A DNA stretch of 53,990 nucleotides from a virus (taxonomy: Duplodnaviria > Caudoviricetes), in the IMG/VR virus record IMGVR_UViG_3300036766_001883, positions 1 through 53,990 of that record. The stretch is one strand, 5' to 3'. The translations under genes were made by a program, and so were the position numbers. The notes under the pieces are model-generated. The model made no database searches, was not told where the DNA came from, and saw only the letters and a list, made by a program, of their open reading frames with translations. Position 1 is the first letter of the stretch. The number at the start of each line of letters is the position of its first letter. Below are positions 8,769 through 18,354 of the stretch, piece by piece.

Positions 8769-9752
8769 ATGGCAGCGACTTTGAGCACGCTGGCGGAGCT
8801 GATCGTGAAGCTCTATGCCGGCCCCTGGGTGGACGCGCTCACGAAGGAGACGTTCCTATTCACCCGACTCGCGGAGCGAGGGAACGTGAAGACCGGGAAA
8901 GGCAACGGGATCCGCTGGCCCGCGCGGTATGCGGGCAACGCACAGGTGGGTTCCTATGGCGATGGGGATGCGGCCGGCGGGGCGGGAAACCAGGCCGCGA
9001 AGGAAGCCTTCCTGGCCTGGAAGTTCAACAAGGCCGAGATCTCCATCACCGGACCGTCTCTGGCCGTTGGCGCGGCTGGCGGGATGGTAGTGGACCCGTT
9101 GCGGTTCGAGCTGGACAACGGCCTGCTCGACATGCGCGATGCGATCAACACACAGATTATGACCGACGGCACCGGCAACTCGGCGAAGGATATCACCGGC
9201 CTGCTGGCGGCCCTGGCGGACTCGGGGACCTATGCGGCACTCGACCGCAGCAGCTACACGTGGTGGAAAGCCTACGTGTCGGCGAACGGCGGCACGCCGC
9301 GGGCGCTCACCGAGGCGCTGATGCGCACGGTGAAGAAGACCGTCGAGGCGCGCGGCGGCGTCGTTACGGCGATCTACGCCGGCGCCGACCAGTGGTATGC
9401 ATACGGGGATCTGCTGCGCGCCGAACGTCGGCAGCAGGACCCGCGCACCCTGACGGGCGGCTACCAGGCGCTGGACTTCGAGGGCACGCCTCTCATCAAG
9501 GTGCCTGCGTACCCGACGGGCCGCATGGACTTCGTGGACGAGCGGCTGATCGAGTACCACATGCTGCCGGTCACGAGCGAGAATACCGTGATCGCCAGTC
9601 TGCGCAACGTAGTCGCCGTGCCGGGCGTGCCGGGCTTCGGCATCCTGGTGCTGGGCGCAACGAAGGACGCAGCGGACTTCTGGATCATCCACTACAGCCA
9701 GTTGGTAGTGCGCAACCCCTACAGGATGGGCGTCCTGAAGGATCTGTCCTAG
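8769..9752 (+). CDS. Major capsid protein (HK97 fold)
   Basis: Size and position; TDGTGNS..ITGL, GGYQALDFEGTPLIK, LVVRNPYRMGVL. Confidence 0.88.
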   Translation: MAATLSTLAELIVKLYAGPWVDALTKETFLFTRLAERGNVKTGKGNGIRWPARYAGNAQVGSYGDGDAAGGAGNQAAKEAFLAWKFNKAEISITGPSLAVGAAGGMVVDPLRFELDNGLLDMRDAINTQIMTDGTGNSAKDITGLLAALADSGTYAALDRSSYTWWKAYVSANGGTPRALTEALMRTVKKTVEARGGVVTAIYAGADQWYAYGDLLRAERRQQDPRTLTGGYQALDFEGTPLIKVPAYPTGRMDFVDERLIEYHMLPVTSENTVIASLRNVVAVPGVPGFGILVLGATKDAADFWIIHYSQLVVRNPYRMGVLKDLS

Positions 9753-9787
9753 CAAGGCCCCGCTAAGCACGGGGAAGGGAGACAGGC

Positions 9788-10477
9788 ATGCCTATCAGTG
9801 ATGCGAACGAGAAGAAGTTGAACGACATGTGTCCCACGGCCAAGTTGGTTGGCCTGGGCTCTGCGATACAGGACGTAGTCGGCGGGTTGCCGCCCGATGA
9901 TACCGTCACCGCAGCCAAACTGACCACCGATGCGGTGGAGACGGCGAAGATCAAAGATGACGCTGTCACCAAGGCCAAGGTCGCGGCCGACGTGGCGGGC
10001 AACGGCCTCGGGCAGAATGCCGATGGCAGTCTCGAGGTGAAGGTTGACGACGCCACGTTGGCGATCGCCACCGACACCCTCGCCGTCAAGGACGCCGGGA
10101 TCGTCGCCGCAAAGCTCGCGGCGGATGCGGTCGAGACGGCCAAGATCAAAGACGCTAACGTCACGGCCGCAAAGCTCGCCGTGGCCCTGCAGGCGATGGT
10201 CCTCGGCGCGGCCGCGGGGTACAAACTCGCGCGGGCGGAAACCAGCGTGACGGGCGCCACCGGCGGCGACGTGACTACGGGACTTACGACCGTCGTTGCG
10301 GTTGTCGGATCACTTGCGGAGGACGCGAGCGTCGACGGACTGTTTGTGACTGCGGCCCTGGGCGGAACCGCCGGCCACATCACTCTAAAGGTCTGGAAGC
10401 CAACGGCGACCGGCGACGTTACGCCGACCCTCGCGACCGTGGCCAAGAAGGTTGACTGGATCGCCATCGGCACATAG
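9788..10477 (+). CDS. Head decoration/fibre protein
   Basis: Repeated VTAAKL/VETAKIKD units; follows the capsid gene. Confidence 0.6.
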   Translation: MPISDANEKKLNDMCPTAKLVGLGSAIQDVVGGLPPDDTVTAAKLTTDAVETAKIKDDAVTKAKVAADVAGNGLGQNADGSLEVKVDDATLAIATDTLAVKDAGIVAAKLAADAVETAKIKDANVTAAKLAVALQAMVLGAAAGYKLARAETSVTGATGGDVTTGLTTVVAVVGSLAEDASVDGLFVTAALGGTAGHITLKVWKPTATGDVTPTLATVAKKVDWIAIGT

Positions 10478-10540
10478 CCGCAAGCGATAGCGGGGACTGC
10501 GAGAGATCGGAGCCCTCGGAACATTTGAAAGGAGGCCATA

Positions 10541-10912
10541 GTGGCACCTGACGACATCAAGGCGGTCGTAGAGGCCGGGCAAGGCGTTGACAAGGCAGGC
10601 GAACCTGCGACGGCCGCAACGCGGACTGCGAAGGCCGGGTCACCGCCGGCGGAAGGGACTCCTGCCCCGCCCAGCGACACAACGCTGACCGGGATGATGG
10701 CACTGGCGGAGCCACAGCGCAGCAATGCTCTGGCGCAAGCGGTGGAGGCCGGCCTGGTGGTCAGCCTGCGCAGCCGATCGGAGGCCGAGGTCAGGCAGTC
10801 GTACGGCCAGCACGTGCTGGTCGTGACCCGCCAACCGAAGCCTTTCACGGCGGCGCATGCGATCCACCTGTTGTGGTATCGAGCAACGGAGATCGAGGAA
10901 GTCGCGGGGTAG
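10541..10912 (+). CDS. Hypothetical protein
   Basis: RBS AAGGAGG before GTG. Confidence 0.6.
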   Translation: MAPDDIKAVVEAGQGVDKAGEPATAATRTAKAGSPPAEGTPAPPSDTTLTGMMALAEPQRSNALAQAVEAGLVVSLRSRSEAEVRQSYGQHVLVVTRQPKPFTAAHAIHLLWYRATEIEEVAG

Positions 10913-10915
10913 CAG

Positions 10916-11473
10916 TTGGCCACCATCATTGACGCGACCGTAGGGGGCGCGAACAGCAACTCCTACGTGACAACTGACGAGGCGACCGCCTACTTCGCGC
11001 AGCGACTGCGATCGAGCGCGTGGACGGCTGCCAGCACGGAGGACAAGGAGAAGGCGCTCGTCATGGCCTGCCAGCACATCGAGGCGGCGCGGCCGATGAT
11101 TGACCGTGGGAGTGTGGGCACCTATGGGCCCTACGTCTCGACACAGGCGCTCTCGTTCCCCCGCAGGGCAGATTGGGTGAGCGGGACAGGTTTCGTGATC
11201 CCGCCGCCGGTGAAGCGCGGACAGTTCGAGGAGGCCCTGGCGCTGCTGGCCAGGGGCGCAGAGTCGGACCGCAGGCGCGCGCTGCAGGCGGATGGAGTCA
11301 GTTCGTTCTCCGTGGACGGGCTGAGCGAGTCGTATGGCACTGGGGCCGGGGCCCGTCATCCGATCGAGAGCCCGGAGGCCAGGGCGCTGATCGCGCCCTA
11401 CCTACGCAAGGGCGGCGTGATCGCGACATCTGATATCGCCCAGGGCGAGTTCAGCCCGGGGAGCGACATGTGA
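10916..11473 (+). CDS. Head-tail adaptor (DnaT-like ssDNA-binding family)
   Basis: ANSYVT..EATAYF, QALSFPR, IPPPVK motifs. Confidence 0.8.
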   Translation: MATIIDATVGGANSNSYVTTDEATAYFAQRLRSSAWTAASTEDKEKALVMACQHIEAARPMIDRGSVGTYGPYVSTQALSFPRRADWVSGTGFVIPPPVKRGQFEEALALLARGAESDRRRALQADGVSSFSVDGLSESYGTGAGARHPIESPEARALIAPYLRKGGVIATSDIAQGEFSPGSDM

Positions 11474-11500
11474 TCCTACTTCGCCAAGGCTACGAAGGAT
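11473..11500. repeat. REP-like palindrome, family 1
   Basis: CTTCGCCAAGGCTACG core, also at 12280 and 12311. Confidence 0.7.
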
Positions 11501-11501
11501 C

Positions 11502-11807
11502 ATGATTGCAGACTACCTGGCGCAGACGATCTGGCACAAGCCGAAGACGGGCGTGGATGGAAATGGCCAGCCGGTCTTCGGCGCGGCTGTCCAGATGACG
11601 GCGCGCTGGTTGGAGAAGCGCCGGCTGGTGCGCAACGCCCAAGGCGAGCAGGTGATCTCGGAGGTCACCGTCTCGCTGGCGGGCGATGCGCCCGTGGTTG
11701 CAGGCGACCGCCTGTCTGCCGACGGCAGCGCCTATCACGACGTGATCGCGTTCTCGGTCTCGCGCGGCTTGAGCGGTGAGGCCGAGTTGAAACGGGCTTT
11801 CATCTGA
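11502..11807 (+). CDS. Head closure protein
   Basis: DGNGQP, RLVRNAQGEQVIS motif; synteny. Confidence 0.75.
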   Translation: MIADYLAQTIWHKPKTGVDGNGQPVFGAAVQMTARWLEKRRLVRNAQGEQVISEVTVSLAGDAPVVAGDRLSADGSAYHDVIAFSVSRGLSGEAELKRAFI

Positions 11808-11823
11808 GGCAGAGGAGGAACGC

Positions 11824-12279
11824 GTGCCTCTTTTCGGACAGCGCGGCGTGGGGAAGTTCGGCCTGGTGATCACCGGCCTGAACGAACTGCGGCGCAAGAT
11901 CCGCCCGGGCGGAGAGGTGGAGCGGAAGGTGCAGGCAGCCCTGGTCCGGGCGATGATCGAGAACGTCGAGGACCTGCTGAGCCGTTCGATGCGCGATGCT
12001 CCTGTGAAGGAAGGGTTCCTGCGCGGGAGCGGCACGGCGGAGGTGCTGGTGAACGGCAAGCGGGTCAGCGGCGCCGGACCCGGCGCTGCGGAAGGCGGCG
12101 GTCGCGGGGTCGTCGGCATCGTCGCGTTCAACATGCCCTACGCCCTGGTGCAACACGAGCGGCTGGACTTCCACCACCCGAAGGGCGGGAAAGCGAAGTA
12201 CCTCGAGGACAACCTGAAGCAGCGGGCTACGGTCTATGCTGACAACATGGGCCAGCACGTGGCGGGAGCGCTGGCATGA
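11824..12279 (+). CDS. HK97 gp10-like neck protein
   Basis: APVKEGFLRGS, PYALVQHE, GKAKYLE motifs. Confidence 0.8.
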   Translation: MPLFGQRGVGKFGLVITGLNELRRKIRPGGEVERKVQAALVRAMIENVEDLLSRSMRDAPVKEGFLRGSGTAEVLVNGKRVSGAGPGAAEGGGRGVVGIVAFNMPYALVQHERLDFHHPKGGKAKYLEDNLKQRATVYADNMGQHVAGALA

Positions 12280-12335
12280 TCCGCCTTCGCCGAGGCTACG
12301 GCGGACAAGTTCCGCTTCGCCGAGGCTACGGCGGA
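12280..12335. repeat. Two tandem REP-like palindromes, family 1
   Basis: TCCGC(C)TTCGCCGAGGCTACGGCGGA twice. Confidence 0.8.
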
Positions 12336-12369
12336 GAGGGCCTGCTCCGGCTCGGGGCTAGTGAGAGCG

Positions 12370-12771
12370 ATGGCGCTGCTCATTGACCAATTGGCGGCTT
12401 ACTTGCAGACCCAGGGCGAGGGGACGGTCGGCACGGACGTCTTCAAGACGCACCGGCCGGCATCACCCCTGGCCTGCCTGACTATCTATCCGACCGGCGG
12501 TTATCCGCCAGACCGGTACACGGTGCGGGAGAAGCCGACCGTGCAAGTGGTTGCGCGCGCGGCTTCGCCGGATGCGGCGCTGCGCAAGGCCTACAGTATC
12601 TACTCCAGGCTGCACGGCAAGCAGAACCTGGACCTGGGCGGCGGGATCGTGGCGCTGACGATCGAGGCGAGCGACAGCCCGGTTTACATCGGCGAGGAGA
12701 CCGCCGCAGATCACACGGCGCACCTCGCCTCCGTGAACTTTGCATTCGACCTGCGGAGGCCGTCTTCGTGA
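12370..12771 (+). CDS. Tail terminator/completion protein
   Basis: PTVQVVARA, AYSIYSRLHG, SVNF; synteny. Confidence 0.75.
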   Translation: MALLIDQLAAYLQTQGEGTVGTDVFKTHRPASPLACLTIYPTGGYPPDRYTVREKPTVQVVARAASPDAALRKAYSIYSRLHGKQNLDLGGGIVALTIEASDSPVYIGEETAADHTAHLASVNFAFDLRRPSS

Positions 12772-12820
12772 GGGCGATGATGGGATAGGGAACGACGCCG
12801 GCGCGTGAAGGCCGGCGCGA

Positions 12821-12862
12821 CCCTTCGGCAAGCTCAGGGTCACCCCGAGCGAAGTCGAGGGG
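12821..12862. repeat. REP-like palindrome, family 2
   Basis: CCCTTCGGCAAGCTCAGGGT-CACCCCGAGCGAAGTCGAGGGG imperfect inverted pair; related copy at 20437. Confidence 0.65.
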
Positions 12863-12864
12863 CG

Positions 12865-12958
12865 ACAATCTGGCCCAAGCGAAAGCGGCCTGATCAGCCG
12901 TGGTCGCGAGACCAAGCCCTGACTCCGTTGCAACGGGCGGAGCCGGGGCTTTTCGTTT
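12865..12958 (+). terminator. Leader element C with intrinsic terminator before the major tail gene
   Basis: GCCCAAG..GGCC..GCC, then AAGCCCTGACTCCG/CGGAGCCGGGGCTT stem plus TTCGTTT. Confidence 0.6.
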
Positions 12959-12981
12959 GGGCAACGACGAGGAGGAGAGAG

Positions 12982-13803
12982 ATGTCAACAACTATCAGCA
13001 ACGTGTACCCGTCCTACGCGAAGGCGGGCGATGCGACCATCAAGGTCATCGGGACCGGGTTCGTGGACACGCCCTCCCTGACCAAGGTCTATCACCGGTT
13101 GAAGGGGGCGACCCCGTGGGAGGCGGTGGACCCGGGCCGGGTGACCTTCGTCTCGGCGACCGAGTTGACCGTGGCGATCGACGCGGGCAACACCGACGGC
13201 TGGGACATGGGCCTCAACGACGTGGCCGTCTCGGACTATGGGGAGACGACGCCGGACGGGTCCGTGATCGCGGCGCTGTTCTTCTACGGGGCGGGGACGT
13301 TCGATCCCGACGCGGTGATCAAGGGCGCGCTCGAAGAGCTGTACGTCCAGGGCCTGTTCATGGGCCACACGCACAGTTCGCTGGACCTCGACATGGGCAC
13401 CGAGACGTCGGACATCGAGGTGGAGCAGTCGCTGCTGCCGGTGCGCACGATCAAGGTCGGCGAGAGCTTCACCATGAAGGTGGCGCTGGCCGAAGTGACC
13501 CTGGAGCACATCAAGGAGCTGTGGGGCATCTCAGCCTCCATCCAGGAACTGGTGGCGGGCCGGCGGCGGCTGACCTTCGGCGGCGACACGGCCATCATCG
13601 AGAAGGCGGTGATGCTGATCGTGCCGGGGAGGTCGGGCAAGAAGTTCGCGCTGACCTTCTACCGCTGCGCCGTACGCGCATCGGGGACGCTCTCGTGGAG
13701 CAAGGAAGACCAGGTTGACCTGCCGCTGGAGTTGACGATCCTGGCGGATACGAGCCGGGCGGTCGGCGACCAGGTCGGGCGCTGGGAAGAGTACACGGTC
13801 TAG
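12982..13803 (+). CDS. Major tail (tube) protein with N-terminal Ig/IPT-like domain
   Basis: RBS GAGGAGG; ISNVYP..IKVIGTGF..FVSATELTV (IPT-like); C-terminal tube fold; synteny. Confidence 0.75.
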   Translation: MSTTISNVYPSYAKAGDATIKVIGTGFVDTPSLTKVYHRLKGATPWEAVDPGRVTFVSATELTVAIDAGNTDGWDMGLNDVAVSDYGETTPDGSVIAALFFYGAGTFDPDAVIKGALEELYVQGLFMGHTHSSLDLDMGTETSDIEVEQSLLPVRTIKVGESFTMKVALAEVTLEHIKELWGISASIQELVAGRRRLTFGGDTAIIEKAVMLIVPGRSGKKFALTFYRCAVRASGTLSWSKEDQVDLPLELTILADTSRAVGDQVGRWEEYTV

Positions 13804-13944
13804 GCGGCCCTTCAACGCATGATGATGCGGCGCCGATCTATCGGGGTCGCAAGAGTGGGGCGGGGACGGAGACGCGTCGCGTTGTTCCGCGGCAGCGCAC
13901 AACGGCGTGCGCGCTCCGTCTCCGCTGCACAGAGGAGGATTCCC

Positions 13945-14394
13945 GTGGGAGCAGACGAGGACATGGAGGAGCGGCAGGCCCCGGCTGAAGAGGCCGGGCG
14001 CCCGAGTGCGGACGAGGCGCTGATTCCGAGCGAGAAGCGGTTCACCGTCGGTGAAAAGGAGATCGTGCTGAAGCCCTTCACGATCGGGATGCTCAAGCGG
14101 GTGAGCGATGACATCGGGGCGGTCAGCCAGGAGATCATGCAGAAGCACCCGGAGATTGACCTGGCCCGGCCGGAGATGCACCTGGGCCTGATAGTCCCGA
14201 TCGTGGCCGAGTCAGTCAGCCGGATACTGGGGCGGGTCTTCGAGATCGAACCGGCCTACCTGGACGAGCACATGACCCTGCACCAGGCCGTGGAGATCAT
14301 CGCGGCGGCGATCGAGATCAACCGGCTGCCGAAGATGCGCGAGGATTTAGCGCGGGCCCGCCAGATGGTGAAGGGCGTTCCGAAGATCGCGTAG
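13945..14394 (+). CDS. Tail assembly chaperone (G-like)
   Basis: RBS GAGGAGG before GTG; lies between tube and tape measure genes. Confidence 0.7.
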   Translation: MGADEDMEERQAPAEEAGRPSADEALIPSEKRFTVGEKEIVLKPFTIGMLKRVSDDIGAVSQEIMQKHPEIDLARPEMHLGLIVPIVAESVSRILGRVFEIEPAYLDEHMTLHQAVEIIAAAIEINRLPKMREDLARARQMVKGVPKIA

Positions 14395-14714
14395 TGTTCG
14401 GTCTGGCGGGCGCGTACGACCTACTGATGTCGGAGTTCGGGGCAGCCTGCCCCGACGACATCACGGAGCGGTGGACGCCGGCGCAGGCGGTGGTGGCGAT
14501 GGAGGCGATTCACCGGCGGCGGGCGGCGCGGCTGGCTGAGGAGACGCAGGCGATGTACGTGACGATGGCGGCGGCGCAGGGCGGCAAGAAAGCCTTCAAG
14601 GCTTACCGCGGGCTGGTGAAAGGGCTGCTGCGGCAGGCGGGCCAGGCGCCGGACACCACGACGGCGGAGGACGTGGCCGCGGCGATGGGGCTGAAACAGG
14701 CGGGCGCGGGATAG
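14394..14714 (+). CDS. Tail assembly chaperone (T-like, possible -1 frameshift extension)
   Basis: In the -1 frame relative to the upstream gene, no clear RBS; ERWTPAQ motif. Confidence 0.65.
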   Translation: MFGLAGAYDLLMSEFGAACPDDITERWTPAQAVVAMEAIHRRRAARLAEETQAMYVTMAAAQGGKKAFKAYRGLVKGLLRQAGQAPDTTTAEDVAAAMGLKQAGAG

Positions 14715-14718
14715 AGCA

Positions 14719-17700
14719 ATGACGGTCGGGGAAGTCAGAGCCTTGATGGTGGCGGATGTCTCGCGGTTCCGCGCGGGACTGACCCAGGCCGACGCCTTGC
14801 TGGCCGATATGGGGGCGAAGGCTGCTGCGGCGGGCGCATTCCTGGGGGGACTTGGCGCAGCCGTTGGGGCCGGCCTCGGTATCGCAGTGAGAGAAGCCGC
14901 TACGATGCAGACCGCCCTGGCGGACCTGAACCGCGTACTGAATCTGACGGATCAGGAGCTCGAGCAGGTCAGCAAGCGGCTGGATGAATTGCACATCGCC
15001 ACCGGGATCGCGGACGAGGCCTTATCCCGGACCCTCGCCAATATCGCCAGGGCTGGAATGACGGGGGCCGAGGGATGGAAGGTCCTCGAAGCCTCGATGA
15101 AAGCCGCGGTGGCGGGCCGCGCCGATGTGGAATTGCTGGGCAGCGCGATAATCTCGATCATCCGGGCCTATAACCTCAGCGCCTCCGAAGCGGGGAATGT
15201 CACCGACACGTTGTACCAAGCGAGCATCAAGGGACGCATGAGCCTGCAGGAGGTGTCCGAGGCTCTGAAGAGCATGGGGCCGATCGCATCGCAGTTGGGC
15301 CTGACTATACCGGAAGTGAGCGCGGCGTTGGCCACTACGACCACGGTGGGATACGACGCGGAGAACAGCATCATGGGGTTGCAGCGCGCCATGATCAACC
15401 TGACCAACCCTGGCAAGCAACTCCAGGCTGCGATGAAGGCGGCGGGATATGAGACAGGGCACGCACTGATCGAGGCGAGGGGATTCGCGGGGGCGATTCA
15501 GTTCTTGACCGAGGCGGCGGGCGACGACGAGCAGGCGATGATCCAGATGGCGGGCGGCGCCCGGGCCTTCAAAGCGATCGCGGCACTGGCTGCGGACGGC
15601 GGGGCATTGTTCGCGCAGAAGCTGCAGGAACTGACCGACTCGGCCGGCTCGGTGGATGCGGGGTTCGCCAAGATGCAGGCGACGCTGGAATTTCAATGGG
15701 GGACGTTCAAGGCGGCGATCAAGGAGGCGGCGGAGGCGGTTGGAAATGTCTTCCTGCCGCCGTTGACGGCCCTGGCGGCAGTGATGAGAACCGTGGTCGC
15801 GGCAACGCTGCTCATACCTGGCCCGCTTCGGGCCGTTCTCTCGTGGGCGGTTGCCCTGGGGGGCGGGCTACTGGCGCTGATAGGCGGATTCATTCTGCTG
15901 AGAACGCACCTTGGAGGTACCGTCGTGCTTTCGGTCCAGGTAGTCGCGGCGTTCGCGCGGATGGCACTGGGGGTGGTCGGAGGATCGGCGGCGGTCTCGG
16001 CGGCGCTGGGGGGATTGCAGGCGGCGTTGATAGGGACCCGCGTGGCGGTGGAGGCGTTCTTCATTTCACTGGGACCCATCGGATGGGCGGCGGCCTTGGT
16101 GGCCGCGATCGCGGGCGTGGTGGGCGGACTGATTCTGTGGAAGCGCCACCAGGCGGAGGTGAACAAGCAGACGGCGGACTCGATCCAGTTGACGAAGGAG
16201 CAGACCGAGAACCTCAAGACGATGCTGGCCGAGTTGCAGAAGTTACAGGCGGCGCGGGCAAAAGGGGAGGCAGCGGGCAAGCCGCCCGATGTGACCGGCC
16301 TGCAAAAGGAGCGCGACCTAAACAACGAGATTGCCAAGCAATATCCGCAGTTGCTGGATTACTACGACAGGGCGGGCAATGCCCATCTGCTGATGGAGAA
16401 GGCGGTCACGGCGCTGACGGCGGCTGAAAAGAAGCACCTGGCGGAAAGCAGACGGTCGGCAGCAGAGGCAATGGCGGCAGCGGCGCAGCGGCGGTCCGAT
16501 CTAGCAGACGAGTTGGAGATCCTGGGGAAACTGCGAGAGGCATTCGAGGCGCTGCCAGCGGGCCGGCAGGAGACCCTCGCACTGCACTTCGGCCCGGGCA
16601 AGACACCGGCCGAGTACCTGAAAGATTTGCAGGAGCGCGAGGCGGCCCTGGCGCTCAAGATACGGGAGGCGACCGCGGAGTACGAAAAGCGGAGGGCGGT
16701 GTTGGTCCTGCTGGGGTGGACAGCCGACAAGGTCGCGCGCGAGCAGGCAGCGGCGCAGGCAAAAGCGGCGGCAGAGTTTGCGCGCGGGACTCAAGAGCGT
16801 CTCGCGCAGATCGACCAGGAGGCGACGGCCTTGCGACGGCTCGGGGTGGTGGCGGCCGAGGTGGACCAGTGGGTGGCGATGCGGCGGCTGGTGGTGGCGC
16901 AGCAGAACGCGGACGAGGTTCTGGGCATCTACTCGAAAGTCTATGAAGCCGAGGGCAAGCAACACCAGGCCCGAGTGGCCGAGATCAAGATCGAGGCCGA
17001 TGAGTTACGGAAGCGGGCGACCGAGGCGAAGATGCCGGCGCCGGAGGTGGGGGCACTGGTGGCGCGGTTCGAGGCCGGAGAGTTGCGCAAATTGGGAAAG
17101 GAGAGAGCCGACGAGGCAAAGCAGCATGCCGATGCGGCCCTGGCGGCTGAGGGAGAGTTGGCGGAGGGATTGAAGGGCTACGCGGGGCGGATCGCCGGGG
17201 TGCGCGAATACTACCACAACGTGCGGCTGCGGCAGATCCGCGCAGAGGCGGAGGAGATCAAGCGCACCATGATCGAGGGGGGCAAGTGGACGGCGGAGGC
17301 AGAGATCAAACTGCGGGAATTGGTGGCGCAGAGGACCGCTGAGCTCGCAAGGGATGAAGCCCGGGAGAAGGCTGAGGTCTTCGCCAAGACCGCCGAGGAG
17401 TTGATGAGCAACTGGGAGGCTCTCAACTCGGCAATGCGGGAATCGGGGCGGATGCGGACGAGCGAGTACCTCATGCAGTTGGCGATGCAGTTGGACATGA
17501 TCCGGAAGATACACCAGGCGCAGGACCAGATGGGGCAGCCGCGCGGGATGCTGGAGAAGGAGCGGAGCCTGGCGCAGACGATCTACTCGGAGCGGCAGCG
17601 GATGATCGGCGAGTTGGGCAATGCGGAGAGGCGGCTGGCGGAGGAGCGGAAGCGCTGGGGACAGGAGGAGTTGGAGCAGCGGCGGCGGGTGCACGAGGCG

Positions 17701-18345
17701 GAACTCTCGATGGTCGGCCTGCAGTTCCAATACGAGCGCGATGTGCTGGAGGCGACCGGGAGGGGCGGTCCGGAGGCCTTGGCCGGGATCGCCAGGGACG
17801 AACTGGCGGCCTTGCAGCAATACAGGCAGACGCAGATGCTGACTGCCCAGGAGCGGCTGGAATCACTGCAGCGAGAGCGGGAGTTGGCCCTGGAGATCGG
17901 AAAGGCGCCGGGCGGCGCCGGCGTGGGCGCGAGGGGGATGCTGGAGGATATCTTCGTTGCGATGAAGCAAGCGCGCGAGGAGATGGCGCTGGAGGAGAAG
18001 CGGGCATTTGAACAGCGCCGGGGCGAGGCAATGGGGGAGATCACGGGCATCGAGAGAGAGCAGATGACTCTGCGCCAGCAGATCGCGCTGACGGGCGGGA
18101 GCATCGCGGATGCGGCGAGGCGGGTCTTCTCAGAGATCCGCAGCCAGTTGGAGGCGATAGGCAGGATCAGCATCGCCCCTTCGCTGCAGCCGGCATTTGC
18201 AGGGGCGGGCAAAGCCGCCGCGGGGCAGAAGGTCTTCAACTTCTACTACCAAGGCAAGCGGGTGGAGGCGCCTGCCGATGTCAACCGGCTGATGGACGAG
18301 ATCGCGGCCCGGCTGGAACGGGAGCAGCGGTTTGCGAGGGAGTGA
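14719..18345 (+). CDS. Tail tape measure protein (TP901 family)
   Basis: 1208 aa, Ala-rich helical, TP901-like core, hydrophobic segments. Confidence 0.92.
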   Translation: MTVGEVRALMVADVSRFRAGLTQADALLADMGAKAAAAGAFLGGLGAAVGAGLGIAVREAATMQTALADLNRVLNLTDQELEQVSKRLDELHIATGIADEALSRTLANIARAGMTGAEGWKVLEASMKAAVAGRADVELLGSAIISIIRAYNLSASEAGNVTDTLYQASIKGRMSLQEVSEALKSMGPIASQLGLTIPEVSAALATTTTVGYDAENSIMGLQRAMINLTNPGKQLQAAMKAAGYETGHALIEARGFAGAIQFLTEAAGDDEQAMIQMAGGARAFKAIAALAADGGALFAQKLQELTDSAGSVDAGFAKMQATLEFQWGTFKAAIKEAAEAVGNVFLPPLTALAAVMRTVVAATLLIPGPLRAVLSWAVALGGGLLALIGGFILLRTHLGGTVVLSVQVVAAFARMALGVVGGSAAVSAALGGLQAALIGTRVAVEAFFISLGPIGWAAALVAAIAGVVGGLILWKRHQAEVNKQTADSIQLTKEQTENLKTMLAELQKLQAARAKGEAAGKPPDVTGLQKERDLNNEIAKQYPQLLDYYDRAGNAHLLMEKAVTALTAAEKKHLAESRRSAAEAMAAAAQRRSDLADELEILGKLREAFEALPAGRQETLALHFGPGKTPAEYLKDLQEREAALALKIREATAEYEKRRAVLVLLGWTADKVAREQAAAQAKAAAEFARGTQERLAQIDQEATALRRLGVVAAEVDQWVAMRRLVVAQQNADEVLGIYSKVYEAEGKQHQARVAEIKIEADELRKRATEAKMPAPEVGALVARFEAGELRKLGKERADEAKQHADAALAAEGELAEGLKGYAGRIAGVREYYHNVRLRQIRAEAEEIKRTMIEGGKWTAEAEIKLRELVAQRTAELARDEAREKAEVFAKTAEELMSNWEALNSAMRESGRMRTSEYLMQLAMQLDMIRKIHQAQDQMGQPRGMLEKERSLAQTIYSERQRMIGELGNAERRLAEERKRWGQEELEQRRRVHEAELSMVGLQFQYERDVLEATGRGGPEALAGIARDELAALQQYRQTQMLTAQERLESLQRERELALEIGKAPGGAGVGARGMLEDIFVAMKQAREEMALEEKRAFEQRRGEAMGEITGIEREQMTLRQQIALTGGSIADAARRVFSEIRSQLEAIGRISIAPSLQPAFAGAGKAAAGQKVFNFYYQGKRVEAPADVNRLMDEIAARLEREQRFARE

Positions 18346-18354
18346 GGAGCGATG

